Positions 59,001 through 62,000 of a stretch of 64,000 bases of DNA are shown in pieces (the first letter of the stretch is position 1; each line of letters begins with the position of its first letter). The stretch comes from Candidatus Omnitrophota bacterium (lineage in GTDB: Bacteria > Omnitrophota > Gorgyraeia > Gygaellales > Profunditerraquicolaceae). The position numbers and the translations under genes were made by a program. The notes beneath the pieces were generated by a model. That model had not been told where the DNA came from. It saw only the letters and a program-made list of their open reading frames with translations, and did no database searches. The DNA is taken from contig JAKPTF010000035.1 in the NCBI GenBank assembly GCA_029571225.1, positions 12,575 to 76,574 of the forward strand, read 5' to 3'.

Positions 59001-62000
59001 GCCTGTCCATGGCAAAATCGGTATACCTGCAGGCGATCATGCGTTTATTGACCGGCAGTTCTCCCCGCGCCACGCGCGTCCGGATGCCCTTCATGGTAGA
59101 GGTAAACCCGCTGATGAAGCTATCCCTTGCCGCAGGCCGGATATCCCGGGCCGCGATATTCGACAGGAGGGATTGCAGCATTCCGGCCTGGGTGCTCAGA
59201 TCGTCTTTGTCCAGAGTGAACGCGCTGACAAAATCTATATTGTACATTTCAATAACCGTATCGAGGTCAAGATCAACCCGGATATTGCTCGGGTTCCTGT
59301 CACCGAGGCCGATCAAATAAGCGGCAAATGCGGTCTTGCCCAGCAAATATGCCAGTTGCGGGACAAAACGACGGTTCGCGAGCAACGCGTCATTGAAAAG
59401 GTAGATATCCTCAAGGCTCGAATTGCCCACGTTGGTATAAACATAGTAATGGCTCCGGTAATCGACGAGCATCTGCGTCGGCAGGGTAAACGCCTCCAGG
59501 ACTATCGAGGCATACGGCTCATAGCTGTACGAAAAGGCCTCTTTCAGGATGAGCGTTATATGCTTCGAACCGAACCGGACTTCCGCGCGGTACGTCCGGA
59601 GGTCATCAAACGAGGTCTGGATTACGCCTTTTATTAATTTCACGGATCCGATGCCGTCGCAGCCGAGGCGGCAGAGAAGCTGCCTGATAAACTGTTCTTC
59701 CTGGCCGCCGTCGCACGATTGTTTTGCGGAAGCCGCATCCTCTTTCCCATCGGCAGCAAGATACTTTTCTATGACGTGGCCGGGGATCAGCCTGTTCAAT
59801 CGTTTGACAGCAGATTCCTTTTCGTCAGGGCCAAGCACATTGATCACGTGCAGATTTCCCGGCGACAGGACAATCGCCTTCATGAAATTTTCCATCGCCT
59901 CCTGTTTATTTTCCGAATACAGATTAACGAGCCCTAAGCCAAGATAACTGCTGTAGTCTGCGGGATTGAGTTCCCGGGCAAAAGAAAACTCTTCCTCGGC
60001 ATTCTGGTAATCCCCTCTCTCAAGGTAATTGAATGCGGCGCCGATGTGCGCAACGACATAGTCCGGTTTAAGTTTAAGGGCCTTAAGATAATGCGCCAGC
60101 GCCGCATCCTTATCGTTCAGCCGGTCATACGTCATCGCCGCTTTCTTGTACATGACCGCCATAAGGCCTGATGCGTCGGTAATATATATATTCGAGTAAT
60201 ATAACGGGAACATCTGGGCATCTTTGAGCGTGTACGCAGGCTGATTTTTCCTGTCGGACCTTTCTTTCAGCCGGAGCAATGCCGCAGGCTCAAGCGGCCA
60301 GTTCCATGACAGATATTTTCCCTCGGCGTGGTAGGTATCCTGCAGCGGCACTGCCTTAATAATGCCGGTGAACAGGTCGACAAAAATGTGCTCGCCTGCC
60401 CAGGGGACAACCGCGAACACGGGGCCGGAGCCGACGGCAATCCTTGTCTCATAACCAAGCATCGATAACAGCAGATACATAAAAGCAGTCTTGTTGGCGC
60501 ACGTAAAAAACGAGTCATAGATCCTGTTTTTCTCTTCTTGCGCGAGGGGCGAGGCAAAAAGGGCGTCGAAAATATGCTGTATCGGCAGCGAGTGCACCAG
60601 ATATTCGTGGATTAACCAGACAGACCTGATATAAACCTTGTCATGCGCAAACCCGACTTCAGGGAGTTCGTCGTGCGTTGTTTCAAATACGATCTCTCGC
60701 GTCTTTCCGTCCCGGACGCTCTCGTCAAATATTTCCCTGAAGGTCTTTTCCATGATGAGAAGCGTGTCCCGGCTGAATTGCGCGCGGAGCTCTTCGATGA
60801 AAGCGGGCATGATCTCCTTTTCGCAGGACAACCGGCGCAGGATTTCAATCAGGTCCCCGTCATCGGCTATATGCCCGCGGTTGGGAAGCAGGAGCGCCTG
60901 CTCCGCCTTGAGCATGGCCTCTTTTTCAGCTCGCGATTTCCTTTCTATCTCAAGGTACATGGAAAGATACGGGATATCAAGGAACGTCGGGCAGACCACG
61001 ACATCGACCGCATCCGTATTTGCAAAGCCTTTCTTGAGGCCGCGGTAATAATTCATGATGCAATCGCCTTTTTCGAACATCTTCAGATTAAAGATGACGA
61101 ACGGTTTCTTGGCCTTCTTTTCCGCAAACGCCGCTGCCTGCAAGACAATACCCGCAGCGCTTTCAACCGGCATGGCGAATCGGGCGACAAATACGCCGTC
61201 GATGTCTGGTTGCCCTAAATAATCCGCGGCATTGTCCGCATTGACGTACCTGCCGTACATAAGATAGATCTTTCGCGCAATGCGCGGCCCGTACCGTTTG
61301 TTCCGGGCGAGCCACGTCCGCAGTGTCCGGCAGACCGCCTGGGCCTCGGCAGGATCTATTGCCTTCTGCTGCGACTCCTGCTGCTGCTTTACCCACAGCG
61401 GCAGATAAATGACAATGACCTTCTGGGCCTGTTTCCTGCCGATGCCCTGCAGGGCGGTGCTTAACTGGTTGATCAAAACCTCATTCGTGACCCCGCGTTT
61501 TCGTTCATCGAGCGTATCAGACACGAAAATGGCCGGTATCAGGCCGTGCGCCAGCGCAGCCTTGACCTTCTTATTGACGAGTTCATACGATTCCACGATC
61601 TCGACAACGCCGTGCGTCCGTTCCGGATGCCCGACCATGACAAAGGCGACCTGCTCGCGTAAAAGCATGGAGGGCGAAACCTCTCCCGTATACGGCCCCG
61701 CGTCCTTGTAGAACATGTTCTGGGCGCCCATGAATATACCGCCGTCGCGGTCGGTATCGGGGGCGCATTTTTCACGGTCGGACAGCTCGGTCATATACCC
61801 CTGCGCCGCCAGGAATTCGGCTTCTTCGAACCATGTCAACTTCGCATTGCGCATTTGTTCCATGACAATGCGGCGGTACAGCGATCCGGGATCGAGTACG
61901 ATGGTCACCAGATAACTCCACGGAAGCCGCTCGATGCGCGTTCCGTTCCTGATGGTCCTGCCGGAAAGCGGCACCGGCAGTTCCTTGCACATGATGCCGG

